A stretch of DNA of 64,000 bases from Mobula hypostoma (GCF_963921235.1 NC_086097.1:144896001-144960000), one strand, 5' to 3'; counted from the stretch's first letter, positions 12,629-23,879 are shown. Made by a program: numbers and translations. The notes: generated from the sequence alone by a model not told the origin.

Positions 12629-12742
12629 CATACATCAAAGTTGCTGGTGAACGCAGCAGGCCAAGCAGCATCTATAGGAAGAGGCGCAGTCGACGTTTCA
12701 GGCCAAGACCCTTCATCAGGACTAACTGAAGGAACAGTGAGT
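12629..12742 (-). mobile_element. 114-bp Penelope 3'-terminal insertion consisting almost entirely of the hammerhead-bearing repeat
   Basis: Reverse complement differs at only 3 positions from 22493-22604. 9-bp TSD AAGAAACAG (12620-12628 / 12743-12751). Confidence 0.9.
12688..12723 (-). ncRNA. Minimal type-I hammerhead ribozyme (intact core)
   Basis: Minus strand AGTC-CTGATGA-A-GGGT-CTTG-GCCT-GAAA-C-GTC-GACT. Stem I AGTC/GACT, core CUGANGA and GAAA, GUC cleavage triplet, palindromic ACGU stem III. Confidence 0.8.
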
Positions 12743-12774
12743 AAGAAACAGAGAGGGCTTATAATATAGCAAAT

Positions 12775-14427
12775 TCTATTCACCTGTGAAAAGGACCTTG
12801 GTTAATTGTCAGGATGATTTACAACGAATTGAACCACTTGAATGTATAGACATTAAGAAAGAGGATGTGCTGGAGCTTTTGAAAGGTATTAAGTTAGATA
12901 AGTCGCCGGGACTGGACAGGATATACCTCAGGTTAATGTGGGAAGCAAGGGAGGAGATTGCTGAACTTTTGGTGATGATCTTTGCATCATCCATAGGGAC
13001 AGGAGAAGTACCAGAGGATTGGAAGGTTACAGACATTGTTCCCTTGTTCAAGAAAGGGAGTAGAGATAACCCAGGAATTTATAGATTAGTGAGTCATACT
13101 TCAGTGGTGGGCAAGTTGTTGGAGAAGATCCTGAGAGGGAGGATTTATGAGCATTTGGAGAGACATAATCTGATTAGGGATAGTCAGCCTGGCTTTGTCA
13201 AGGGCAGGTCATGCCTTATGAACCTGATTAAATTCTTTGAGGATATAACAAACACATTGATGAAGGTAGAGCAGTGGATGTAGTGTATATGGATTTCAGT
13301 AAGGCATTTGATAAGGTCCGCCATGAGAGGCACATTCAGAAAGTAATGAGACATGGGATCCAAGGAGACCTTGCTTTGTGGATCTAGAATTGGCTTGCCC
13401 ACAGAAGGCAAAGGGTGGTTGTAGGTGGCTCATATTCTACATGGAGGACCGTGAGCAGTGGTGATCTGTTGGGATCTGATCTGGGACCCCTCCTCTTTGT
13501 GATTTTTATAAATGACCTGGATGAGGAAGTAGAAAGGTGGATTAGTAAGTATGCTAATGCAAAGAAGTTGGGGGTGTTATGGATAGCCTGGAGGGTTCTC
13601 AAAGGTTATAGCACAACATCGATAGGATACAGAACTGGGCTGAGAAGTGGCAGATAGAGTTCAACCCAGATAAGTGTGAATTGGTTCATTTTGTTAGGTC
13701 AAATTTGAAGCCAGAATATAATATTAATGGTAAGACTCTTGGTAGTGTGGAGGATCAGCAAGTCTTGAGGGCTGTGTCTATAGGACACTAAAAGCTGCTG
13801 CACAGGTTGACAGTGTTGTTAAGAAGGCGTATGGTGTGTTGGCCTTCATTAAATGTAGGATTGTGTTCAAGAGCCGCGAGGTAATGTTACAGCTATATAA
13901 GACCTTAGTTAGACCCCACTTGGAGTACTGTATTCAGTTCTGGTCACCTCATTACAGGAGGGATGTGGATACTATAGAGAGAGTGCAGAGGAGATCTACA
14001 AGGATGCTGTCTGGATTGGAGAGTATCTCTTATGAGAAAAGGATGAATGTACTTGGCCTTTTCTCCTTGCAGCGACGGAGGATGAGAAGTGACCTGATAG
14101 AGGTGTATAAGATGGTGCGAGGTATCGATCGTGTGGATAGCCAGAGGCTTTTTCCCAGGGCTGAAATGTCTAACATGAGGGGTAGAGTTTTAAGGCGCTT
14201 GGAAGTAGATACAACGGGGAATGTCAGAGGTAAGTTTTTCACTCAGTGAGCAACGGTAGTAGAGGCAGATACAATATGGTATTGTAAGAGACTCTTAGGT
14301 ACATGGAGCTTTGAAAAATTGAGGGCTACGTGGTAGGCAAATTCTAGGCAGTTTCCAGTGTAGGTTACATGGTCGGCACAATATTCGGGCCAAAGGGCCT
14401 GTAATGTGCTATAGATTTCTATGTTCT
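12775..14427 (+). mobile_element. Second-family CR1 LINE, 5'-truncated RT, nested in the first CR1
   Basis: KSPGLDRIY..DWKVTDIVPLFKKG, LGPLLFVIFINDLD, YKTLVRPHLEYCIQFWSP. Tail TTTCTATGTTCT. Short AAAT duplication, and the host CR1 resumes at 14428. Confidence 0.88.
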
Positions 14428-15714
14428 AAATATCAGTGGGTAGTAAGAAGATGTTTTCAAAACCACAGAAGGCAATTAAAAAAGCCATAAAGAGAGAAAA
14501 GTTGAAATATGATGGTAAGCTATACAATAATATAAAGAGGATTCCAAAAGTTTTTTTCAGATATAGAAGGAGTAAAAGGGAGGTGAGAGTGGATATCAGA
14601 TCACTGTAAAATGATGCTGGAGAGGTAGTAATAGGAGACAAAGAAATGTCAGATGAAATTAATAAGTATTTACTTTGTGTTTTTACTCTGGAAGGTACCA
14701 GTAGTAGACCAAATATTCGAGAGTGTCAGGAAGCAGAAGTGAGTGTTACTATTATTAAAGAGAAGGTGCTTAGGAAGCTGAAAGATCAGAAGGTAGATAA
14801 TTCATCTGGACCAGATGGTCTACTCCCTGAGGTTCTGAAAGAAGTAGCTGAAGAGCTTGTGGAGTCATTAGTGATAATCCTTCAAGAATCACTAGATTCT
14901 GGAATAGTTCCAAAGGACTGGAAAATTGCAAATGTGTTTCCACTCTTTAAGAAGGGAGAGAGATGGGAGAAAAGAAATTTAAGCCGATTAGCCTGACCTC
15001 AGTGATTGGAAAGATGTTGGAGTCCACTGTTAAGGATGATGTTTTAGGGTACTTGGAGGCACATAATGAAATGGGCCAAAGTCAGCATAGTTTTCTAAAG
15101 GGGAAATTGTGCCTGAAAATCTGTTGGAATTCTTTGAGGGAACAACAAGCAGGATTTACAAAGGAGAGTCAGTGGATGTTGTTTATTTGGATTTTCAGAA
15201 GGTCTTTGCCAAGGTGCAGTGCATGAGGTTGCTTAACAAAATAAGAGCCCATGGTATTACAGAAAAGGTGCTAGCATGGATAGAAGATTGACTGACTGGC
15301 TGGAGGCAAAAAGTGGGAATAAAGGGGACCTTTTCTGATTGGCTGAGGGTAACTAGTGGTGTGCTACAGGGATAGGTGTTGGGACCGATTCTTTTGATGT
15401 TGTATTGTCAATGATTTGGGTGAAGAAATTGATGGCTTTGTGGCCAAGATTATGGACTATGCAAAGATTGACCAAATGGCCTAATTCTCCTCCTATGTCC
15501 TATTGTCTTATGGCTAGGCACAGCTCAAATCAATGTATAAATCCACTGATGACACCACTACTTATGGCAGAGGAGGCACACAGGAATGAAATAGATTGAC
15601 TGGTGTTGCATCGAAATGCTTACACTCAAGGAACTGATAGTGAACTTCAGGAAGGGGAAGTTGGGTGAATGCACACCATACCTCAATGAAGGGTCAACAG
15701 TGGAAAAGGTGTGT

Positions 15715-17485
15715 AACTATATAGAGATAACAGGCAGGAGAGACAAAGGGGAGTCAGTGGATGTTTACTTGTGTAACACCCTGGGAAATGTTTCACTGCT
15801 AATGTAATGGTCTTTCTGTAGAAGCAGTGTTTGGGTTATGGTTAGGGATAATGGGTGTTTTGGATGTGAGCCATCCAATGACAGGACGGTGTTTCTGTGC
15901 CGCGTGCCTCACACCAGGGTGGTCGGGGTCTTTTGTTCGGTGGGAGATGAAGAGAGAAGACGCCGGAGCAGAGCCATGATCCGATGAAGGTCAGGGAGAG
16001 ACTGAAGGAGGATCAGCGAAGGGGAAACCGTAAATTCTAGCTTCTGCACATTAGACTGTTTCATTAAAATGGGCCCTTTTTTTTGCTTTTTCTTCACTAA
16101 TCCTTTAGTCAAATTGAGAACTATAAAGCTAAATTGTCTAATTGTATGCGGTGTTCTGTATGTTATTTTGTGGTACTGATTTGTAACAGGGTAACAAATC
16201 ATGCAGCATGCCCACAAACAGAGGGGTTTCGGTGTGAACTCGCATCTCAATCTCACCCGTTTGGCAGGGCCAGAGATTGTCTTCCCTAGACACGTAGCCA
16301 ACAGAACTGGAGGGTTACACTTGAATTATAGAAGGCATTTGATACGGTGCCACACACGAGGCAGCTTAACAAGATAAGGGTCCATGCTATTGCAGGAAAG
16401 ATACTAGCACAGATGAAAGATTTGGCAAAAGCCAAAGAGTTGGAAAAAATGTCCTTTTTTCTGGCTGGCTGCAATGGCTAGTGTTGTTCTATAGGCGGGT
16501 TGGTATTGGGACCACTTCTTTTCACGTTATATATCAATAATTTGGATGGTGAAACTGATGACTTTGTAGCCAAGTTTACAGATGATATGAAGAAAGGTGA
16601 AGGGGCAAGGTGTGTTGAGGAAGCAGGGAGTCTGCAGAAGGATTTCAATAGATTGGGTGAGTGGGAAAGAAGTGGGAGATGCAGTAAGGAAGTGTATGGT
16701 TATGCACTTGGGTAGAAGGAATAATGATACAGACTATTTTATAAATGTGGAGAAAACTAAAAAATTAGAGGTGCAAAGGGACTTGTAATTCCTTGCACAG
16801 GATTTCCTGCAAGTTAACTTGCATGTTGAGTCAGTGATAAGGAAGGCAAGTGCAATGTTAGCATTTATTTTAAGAGTACTAGAATATAAAAGGAAGGATG
16901 TAATGCTTGGGCTTTATAAAACATCGGTCACACCACACTTGGAGTATTATAAGCAGACTTGGGCCCCTTATTTGAGAAAAATGTGCTGGCATTAGAGAGG
17001 GACCAGAGGAGATTGACAAGAATTATTCCAGAAATGAAAGGGTTAATGTACAAAGAGTGCTTGATGCCTCTAGGACTCTACTAACTGGAGTTTAGAAGAA
17101 TGAGAGGGGATCTCCTTGAAACCTATCAAATATTGAAAGGCCTAGATAGAATGAACGTGGAGAAGATGTTGCCACATTCACTTTTGGAGAGTCTAGGCAT
17201 AGCCTCAGAATAGAGGGACGTCCATTTCGAACAGATGAGAAAGAATTTCTTTGGCCAGAAGGTGGTAAATCTGGAATTCATTGTCTCAAATGGCTGTGGA
17301 GGCCAAGTCATTGAGTATATTTAAAATGGAGGTTGATAGGTTCTTAATCAGTCAGGGCATTAGAGGTTACCGAAAGAAGGCAGAATAATGGGGTTGAGAG
17401 AGATAATAAATCAACCATGATGGAAAGGCAGAGCATACTCAATGGGCTGAATGGCCTAATTCTCCTCCTATGTCTTTCTATGGCC
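15715..17485 (+). mobile_element. CR1 LINE RT-3' portion, decayed, interrupted by a solo LTR
   Basis: EITGRRDKGESVDVYL, VLGPLLFTLYINNLD..KFTDD. CR1 tail ATGGCCTAATTCTCCTCCTATGTCT. Confidence 0.85.
15772..16319. mobile_element. Solo LTR (548 bp)
   Basis: Termini TGTAACACCC...GGGTTACA, 4-bp TSD CTTG (15768-15771 / 16320-16323), CR1 RT continuous across it. Confidence 0.82.
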
Positions 17486-18711
17486 TAAAACACTTTTCTT
17501 TGCAATAGGGGAATGGTACTACTGGATGAATGGTTACAGCAATCGTGGATGTGATGTGGGACAATGCTTCAATGGGATGAGGTAGAAAATACGAGTGGAT
17601 GTGCTTTCTGTGCCAAGTGGGAAAACCTCCAGAAACCTTCTACTCCCAATTCATTATGATCTTGCACCTTATTGTCTTCCCAATCTGCAATTCTTCTGTG
17701 GCTGTTACACTTTATTCTGCATTTTCTCGTAGTTTTACATGGTACTACAAACGTTTGTACATCAATGCAATGTTGTAATGAATTGATCTGTATGCACAGA
17801 ATGCAAAACAAACTTTTTACTGTACATCAGTACATGTGACAATAATAAAACAATACAATTACAATTACAGCCATACACTTCTGGAAAGGTGACGATAGTA
17901 AGAACTCTGTAAAGAAGTTAATACCTGCTCTTTGGAAAAGGTTCCTGGATATGGGCTATCTGTTCCTGTGGACCGAAGAAAATGCAAATGAAGTTCTCTC
18001 TTTGAATGTAGAATGTGAGTGATATCCCTAACACAGCAGTGAGCAGTGAACTGCAGTTTTCCGTTGCATCAAATGGAGTTTTTTTTAAACACTTTTGGAT
18101 AGGTACATGAATATGCGAAAATGAAGGTACATGGACATTCTGTAGACAGAAGGGGTTAGTTTTATTAGGACATTTAATTGGTATAGCTCAATATTGTGGG
18201 TCAAAGGACTTGTTCCAAGTTGCACTGTTCTATGTATCTTGGAATGACCCTGAAGCTCGAAAGCTGAAAGTGAAACTGACATGAATCCCAGTGGGCAAAA
18301 CAGTAAAGGCATGTGTGGTTATATTTGAGTTTGCAGGAGATCATAGACCTTACTGAAAACAAAAAATATAGTTTGTATTTTAGAGCATTAAATAGCATAA
18401 TTTCATTATAACAAGGGTTAAACAAAATTTTGATTATTCTATAAGATTTCTTTAACCACTTAAGTTGAAAATCTCAGAGCAATGAAATTTTGCTGTTTAG
18501 ACTTGGGGAATTTTTATGCCAAAAAGAAGTGCAAGAGAGGATGAAAATCCTGCTGCAAAGAGAGCTTTGAACGTTTATGTTAAGATAAGTAGAAATGTGC
18601 CTAAAATCGCTCTTCTCTGAATTAAGTTAATTATCATCAGAGCAATGTCATTTCTTGAAGAGTTGTGTGAGCATATTTTGAAGCCCTAATTTCACTTCAG
18701 AGTCTTTCAAA

Positions 18712-19050
18712 GACTTTTACCACAAGATCTAAGTTGACATTTCAATGTAGTACTGTGACAGTTGTTGCCTTTCGGATGCCGTATTAAACTAAGACCCCTT
18801 CTGCTCTCTCAGTCAGCCATGTCAGGTTCCATAGCCTTATTTCAAACAAGAGAGAATTCTGCATTTTTCCTTCAGCCAATATTACTCAAGCAGATTATCT
18901 GGTCATTATCACAGTGCAGGTTCTGGAACCTTGCTGTGCGCAAATTGGCTGCCACATTTTGGGCATAGTAAAAGTGACTACTCTTCAAAAGTATGCTATT
19001 GGCTGTAAAGTGCTTTGGGACATCCTGAGGTCATGGAAGGTGATACATAA
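18712..19050 (+). mobile_element. DeuSINE (SacSINE1/AmnSINE1-like) body and L2-type tail
   Basis: Recognised motifs GCCTTTCGGATG..TTAAAC..GACCCC, CAGATTATCTGGTCATTATCACA, GCTGTGCGCAAATTGGCTGCC, ATTGGCTGTAAAGTGCTTTGGGACATCC. Minus-strand pieces of the same family at about 38770-38835 and 39495-39580. Confidence 0.75.
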
Positions 19051-20049
19051 TCCAACAAATTTTGAGAGCTGTGCTTATTCCAACATTACATTTTATCTTC
19101 AAGTTAAAACATGTAAACAAAAATTGAAACCAACATAATTCATCCAAACTTCACCATTCTGGTTAAAACAGATTGCATCAGTGGAATGCTAAAGCCTTGT
19201 CACTGCACTCCAGTCATTTGTTTTTCTACCCTATTGGGTATGTGTACTGTCATTTAAATATATTGAGCGAACTGTTCATTGCACCATTTCCCAAAGCCAT
19301 GAGCTCACACCTCAGAACACTTCCTGTGTCGATTATGCAGCTGGCTACATCATTTACAATTTGTGGAATGGATCAATGGCAAAACATAGAAGAAATCCTT
19401 GATGCGGTGTTCCAAACTTGGGCTGTATATGTCTCAAATTTGGAATAAACCTGGCACAAAGCACATGTGCTGTTATATTTCCATCTCGGAGGATTGAAAT
19501 GATTTTATTTCTTCTTGATTACTCCTCAATGTTAACAAACCTATCAAGTTATCTGCTGATTTAATATTTATCTGCTCCTGTTCTCTCTCCATTCTAAAGC
19601 CATCCATCCAGATCCAAGTGCTAGATTTCTAGGAATCTAACAATGAATCTAAATAGCACCCCAGTTGAGCACAGTATTGACTTCAGTATTTTATTTGTAA
19701 ATTTTATCAGCTTTCATACTTTATTTATAGGTGAGTTTGAGTTCCCAGAAACAAAAAAGGGGCATTTTTTACCCCTGAGAACTGGACATAGTTATCAGCA
19801 TGTCTTGATAATGAACAGAGAGTTTAGGTCAGATTAACTTTGCTGAACATTTCTGGCTCAGCTGCCACATCTGACATGGTACATCTGCTCATTCAGATTG
19901 CCATCTATGCATTCTTACTCTGTGAATATTGGCTGCATCCTCTATCGCCCACTACAAAGGTGAATACACAAAGTACTTCTTTACACCTAAAGAATTCTAA
20001 AATAGAATAGAATTAGAATGACAAGATATAAATTCCAGCCAGATAGTTT

Positions 20050-20700
20050 TTGATGTTTATTGGCTGGATCAACAAGATTGATGAGATGGAGTTTGAGAAA
20101 GAGATCAGGAATGTTGTACAGTGGTGGCAGAACAACTTAGCCTTTAATATCAGTGAGAGCAAAGAATTGATCATTCACCTAAAGAAGCAGGGTGGGGTGT
20201 GGGGTAGTAGAAAACACAATATTTTGTCACCAATGGAGCTGCTGTAGAGATTCATGATAGCTTCAAGTTCCTTGGCATCTGTAATTACAGCAACATTTCG
20301 GGATCCCTTTATACTGATGCAGTGATCAAAAAAGCATATTAGTAGACATCTAGGCACCTGAGAAGATTTGGCATTTACACGAGGATTCTCTCAAGTTTCT
20401 ACAGGCGCACTATATTCCATCTAAACCTGTGAAGAGTTGCAAGTACACCATAGTCATCACAGCTCATCAGTTTCTTCAGTCTATCTTCATAATGCATTCA
20501 TTTAGGAAGGCTATTGACATTGTCAAGGGCGTCTGCTACCTTGATATTCCCTTTACCTTCTTCTACCTTATGGGAAAAGATGCAGGAGCTTGAAAGCCTG
20601 TCCAGAATTAAAAACAATTTCTTCCCCACTGCTATCACACTTCTGAACCAATCACCTCTTCCAAATTACCTTCCCCATGGGACTGCCATGTTCTTGTACT
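20050..20700 (+). mobile_element. Old Rex1-like RT C-terminal remnant
   Basis: WWQNNLAFNISESKELII, SFKFLG, RIKNNFFPTAITLLN. Its 3' UTR continues at about 20950-21055 and 22605-22630. Confidence 0.6.
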
Positions 20701-20716
20701 TTTAACTCGGGGAAGT

Positions 20717-20945
20717 GGGTGCACAGTAGCATAGTGGCTCACATAACACTATTACAGCCACAGCAACCTGCGTTCCATTCCCAACACTATCCGTAAAGAG
20801 TTTGTACAAGCTTCCCATGGCCGCATGGGTTTCCTCCAGACACTTCAGTTTTCTCACACATCCCAAACACTTGCAGGTTAGTAGGTTGATTGGTCGCATG
20901 GGCCGGAAAAGCCTGGTATCAAGCTGTATCTCTAAATAGATTAAA
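20717..20945 (+). mobile_element. tRNA-derived V-SINE (HE1-like)
   Basis: Box A TAGCATAGTGG, box B-like GTTCCATTCC, V-domain GAGTTTGTAC..TGGGTTTCCTCC..CACATCCCAAA, tail GCTGTATCTCTAAATA. Related copies at about 32725-32910 (+), 40665-40754 plus 51906-52100 (-), and 53160-53445 (-). Confidence 0.7.
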
Positions 20946-21055
20946 TAAACTCTACCTCACTCGGTTATTATGTTGCTGTCATTGTGGTATTTTTTATGCA
21001 CTACTTCAGAGAGCACCATTCTGCTTTGGCACTCATTATTTATTGTTATCATGTA

Positions 21056-21409
21056 TATAGAAACATAGAAACATAGAAAATAGGTGCAGGAGTAGGCCAT
21101 TTGGCCCTTCGAACCTGCACCACCATTCAGTATGATCATGGCTGATCATCCAACTCAGAACCCTATAGCTGCCTTCTCTCCATACCCCCTGATCCCTTTA
21201 GCCACAAGGGCCATATCTAACTCCCTCTTAAATATAGCCAATGAACTGGCCTCAACTGTTTCCTGTGGCAGAGAATTCCACAGATTCACCGCTCTCTGTG
21301 TGAAGGAGTTTTTCCTCATCTCTGTCCTAAAAGGATTCCCCTTTATCCTTAAACTGTGACCCCTCGTTCTGGACTTCCCCAACATCGGGAACAATCTTCC
21401 TGCATCTAG
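21056..21409 (-). mobile_element. Young CR1 3'-end fragment
   Basis: (ACATAGAA)n tail on the plus strand. LDAGRLFPMLGKSRTRGHSLRIKG..VNLWNSLPQ. Nearly identical to copies at 28236, 33811 and 63691. Confidence 0.92.
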
Positions 21410-21413
21410 GAAT

Positions 21414-22217
21414 TTCCTCCGTCTCCGCCGCATCTGCTCTCAGGATGAGGCTTTTCATTCTAGGACGAGGGAGATGTCTTCATTTTTTAAAGAAAGGGGC
21501 TTCCCTTCCTCCACTATCAACTCTGCTCTTAATCGCATCTCCTCCATTTCACGTACATCTGCTCTCACTCCATCCTCCCACCACCCCACTAGGAATAGGG
21601 TTCCCCTGGTCCTCACCTACCACCCCACCAGCCTCCGGGTCCAACATATTATTCTCCGTAACTTCCGCCACCTCCAACGGGATCCCACCACTAAGCACAT
21701 CTTTCCCTCCCCCACTCTCTCTGCATTCCGCAGGGATCGCTCCCTACACAACTCCCTTGTCCATTCGTCCCCCCCATCCCTCCCCACTGATCTCCCTCCT
21801 GGCACTTATCCGTGTAAGCGGAACAAGTGCTACACATGCCCTTACACTTCCTCCCTTACCACCATTCAGGGCCCCAAACAGTCCTTCCAGGTGAGGCATC
21901 ACTTCACCTGTGAGTCGACTGGGGTGATATACTGCGTCCGGTGCTCCCGATGTGGCCTTTTATATATTGGTGAGACCCGACGCAGACTGGGAGACCGCTT
22001 TGCTGAACATCTACGCTCTGTCCGCCAGAGAAAGCAGGATCTCCCAGTGGCCACACATTTTAATTCCACATCCCATTCCCATTCTGACATGTCTATCCAC
22101 GGCCTCCTCTACTGTAAAGATGAAGCCACACTCAGGTTGGAGGAACAACACCTTATATTCCGTCTGGGTAGCCTCCAACCTGATGGCATGAACATTGACT
22201 TCTCTAACTTCCGCTAG
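21414..22217 (+). CDS. C-terminal part of Penelope ORF: RT thumb, Cys-rich linker and GIY-YIG endonuclease (5'-truncated TE ORF)
   Basis: Stop-free from FLRLRRICSQ (21414) through ORF 21474-22217. Linker CKRNKCYTC, nuclease VIYCVRCSRCGLLYIGETRRRLGDRFAEH and EEQHLIFRLG..PDGMN. Confidence 0.85.
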   Translation, partial: FLRLRRICSQDEAFHSRTREMSSFFKERGFPSSTINSALNRISSISRTSALTPSSHHPTRNRVPLVLTYHPTSLRVQHIILRNFRHLQRDPTTKHIFPSPTLSAFRRDRSLHNSLVHSSPPSLPTDLPPGTYPCKRNKCYTCPYTSSLTTIQGPKQSFQVRHHFTCESTGVIYCVRCSRCGLLYIGETRRRLGDRFAEHLRSVRQRKQDLPVATHFNSTSHSHSDMSIHGLLYCKDEATLRLEEQHLIFRLGSLQPDGMNIDFSNFR

Positions 22218-22511
22218 GCCCCACCTCCCCCTCGTACCCCAGCTGTTACTCATTTTTATGCACACATTCTTTCTCTCACTCTCCTTTTTCTCCCTCTGTC
22301 CCTCTGAATATACCTCTTGCCCATCCTCTGGGTCACCCCCCCCCCCGTCTTTCTCCCTAGGCCTCCTGTCCCATGATCCTCTCGTATCCCCTTTTGCCTA
22401 TCACCTGTCCAGCTCTCGGCTCTATCCCTCCCCCTCCTGTCTTCTCCTATCATTTTGGATCTCCCCCTCCCCCTCCAGCTTTCAAATCCCTTACTCACTC
22501 TTCCTTCAGTT

Positions 22512-22547
22512 AGTCCTGACGAAGGGTCTCGGCCTGAAACGTCGACT
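22512..22547 (+). ncRNA. Minimal type-I hammerhead ribozyme (intact core), predicted cleavage after C22543
   Basis: AGTC-CTGACGA-A-GGGT-CTCG-GCCT-GAAA-C-GTC-GACT. Confidence 0.8.
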
Positions 22548-22710
22548 GCGCCTCTTCCTATAGATGCTGCTTGGCCTGCTGCGTTCACCAGCAACTTTGA
22601 TGTAAGACGCTAATAAACTAATGTAATCTAACACTTCCTTCTGAATTTTATTGATTTCGTATACTTCTTCAAATTCAAGATTGTTGTCATTTAACCATAT
22701 ACATGTATAC

Positions 22711-23017
22711 CATCACGTGGCCAAGTGGTTAAGGCATTGGACTAGCAATCTGAAGGTCATGAGTTCGAGCCCCAGCCGAGGCAGCGTGTTGTGTCCTTGA
22801 GCAAGGCACTTAACCACACATTGCTCTGTGACGACACTACTGCCAAGATGTATCGGCCTTTGCCCTTCCCTTGGACAACATCAGTCTCGTGGAGAGGGGA
22901 GACTTGCAGCATGGGCAACTGCTGGTCTTCCATACAACCTAGCCCAGGCCCGCACCCGGGAGAGTGAAGACGTTCCAGATGCAGATCCATGGTCTCGCAA
23001 GACTAACGGATGCCTTA
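22711..23017 (+). mobile_element. tRNA-derived SINE with CORE-like domain
   Basis: Box A TGGCCAAGTGG (22718), box B GTTCGAGCC (22763), CORE-like CCTTGAGCAAGGCACTTAACC. TSD GTATAC (22705-22710 / 23018-23023) inside a minus-strand Rex1-like 3' fragment (about 22670-23375). Confidence 0.85.
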
Positions 23018-23477
23018 GTATACTGCTAAACAGAACAACGTTCCTCCGGACCAAAGTGCAGCGCACAGTAGATATAACTCACACACAAAACTTAAAGTAA
23101 TATTACTACAAGCAAATTAACAAATAATAAGGTTCATGAGTACAGCACTACGGGCACTTTATTCATATGTGATGAGACCTGGACGTGGCAGGGTGTTCAG
23201 TAGTCTCACAGCCTGGGGGAAGAAGCTGTTTCCCATCCTAACAGTTCTTGTTTTAATACTGCAATACCTCCTCCCTGAAGGTGGGGGGCCAAAGAGATTG
23301 GTGGACAGATGGGAGGGATGCTAAATGCGTTGCACACACAGCGCTCCCAATAAATATCTCAGACGGGTGAAAGAGAGACCTGTCCTCATTGGGGGATTAG
23401 AAGTGGAGCAAGTCAGCAGTTTTAAATTCCTCAGCATTATTATTTCAGAGGACCTGTCCTGGGCCCATTATATAAGG

Positions 23478-23863
23478 TGCCACGGTCCCGATCGTTAATT
23501 CCTTACCTTTCTCCTAATTTCCTTTGATTGTGCCACAGTTCTGACTGTTAATTTCCCATTTGCTTTTAATTCTGTTTGATGACAGCACACCTGGTTTCCA
23601 TCAAGACCTGCAGCATAAGAACCCTGGTGCTACAACCACTACAGATCGTTGGTTTTGTCTGTGTGGTGATCAACATTTCCTGGCCGCTTTGAACCGTGTG
23701 TTCTAAGTTTTGCTCCAGTTTCAGGGTTACCTATGAAACCCTGTCTCTCCATGTCAAGGTCCCTCCTGTTTGCCATGCAACTTTCACGTCTGTGTAAGCA
23801 TCCTAATTCAATCTCCGTGCCAGTGTCCTGCACTTGGGTTCACTTCAGTCGTTCATTGCAACA
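23478..23863 (+). repeat. 5' LTR of sushi-like Gypsy
   Basis: TGCCACGGTCCCGATCGTTAATT...GTTCATTGCAACA, collinear with the 3' LTR. Confidence 0.9.
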
Positions 23864-23879
23864 GAACAATCTGGCCACA

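Larger units (their letters stand above)
9075..15512 (+). mobile_element. Near-full-length decayed CR1 LINE (ORF1 zinc finger + SGNH esterase; ORF2 APE-RT) carrying three nested insertions
   Basis: ORF1 CSSCKIW..YICRKYTQLQLL and VHIGTNDI. ORF2 LYLNACRI..DVVGITESWL, SSGPDGL..DWKIANVFPLFKKG, VDVVYLDFQKVF. An internal deletion near 15468 jumps to the CR1 tail CCAAATGGCCTAATTCTCCTCCTATGTC. Confidence 0.85.
21412..22604 (+). mobile_element. Penelope-like element (Neptune-type linker), 5'-truncated, young
   Basis: Open frame 21414-22217, pyrimidine-rich 3' UTR, intact hammerhead at 22512-22547. Confidence 0.92.

Noticed and set aside
21474..22217. 247-aa intact ORF as a domesticated GIY-YIG nuclease gene
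   Set aside because: The frame is open upstream to the truncation point, the ATG is internal, and a decayed paralogue lies at 4125-4780. It is a young 5'-truncated TE.
22714..22790. tRNA gene
   Set aside because: A and B boxes are present, but it runs into a SINE body with a TSD and has no clean cloverleaf or terminator.
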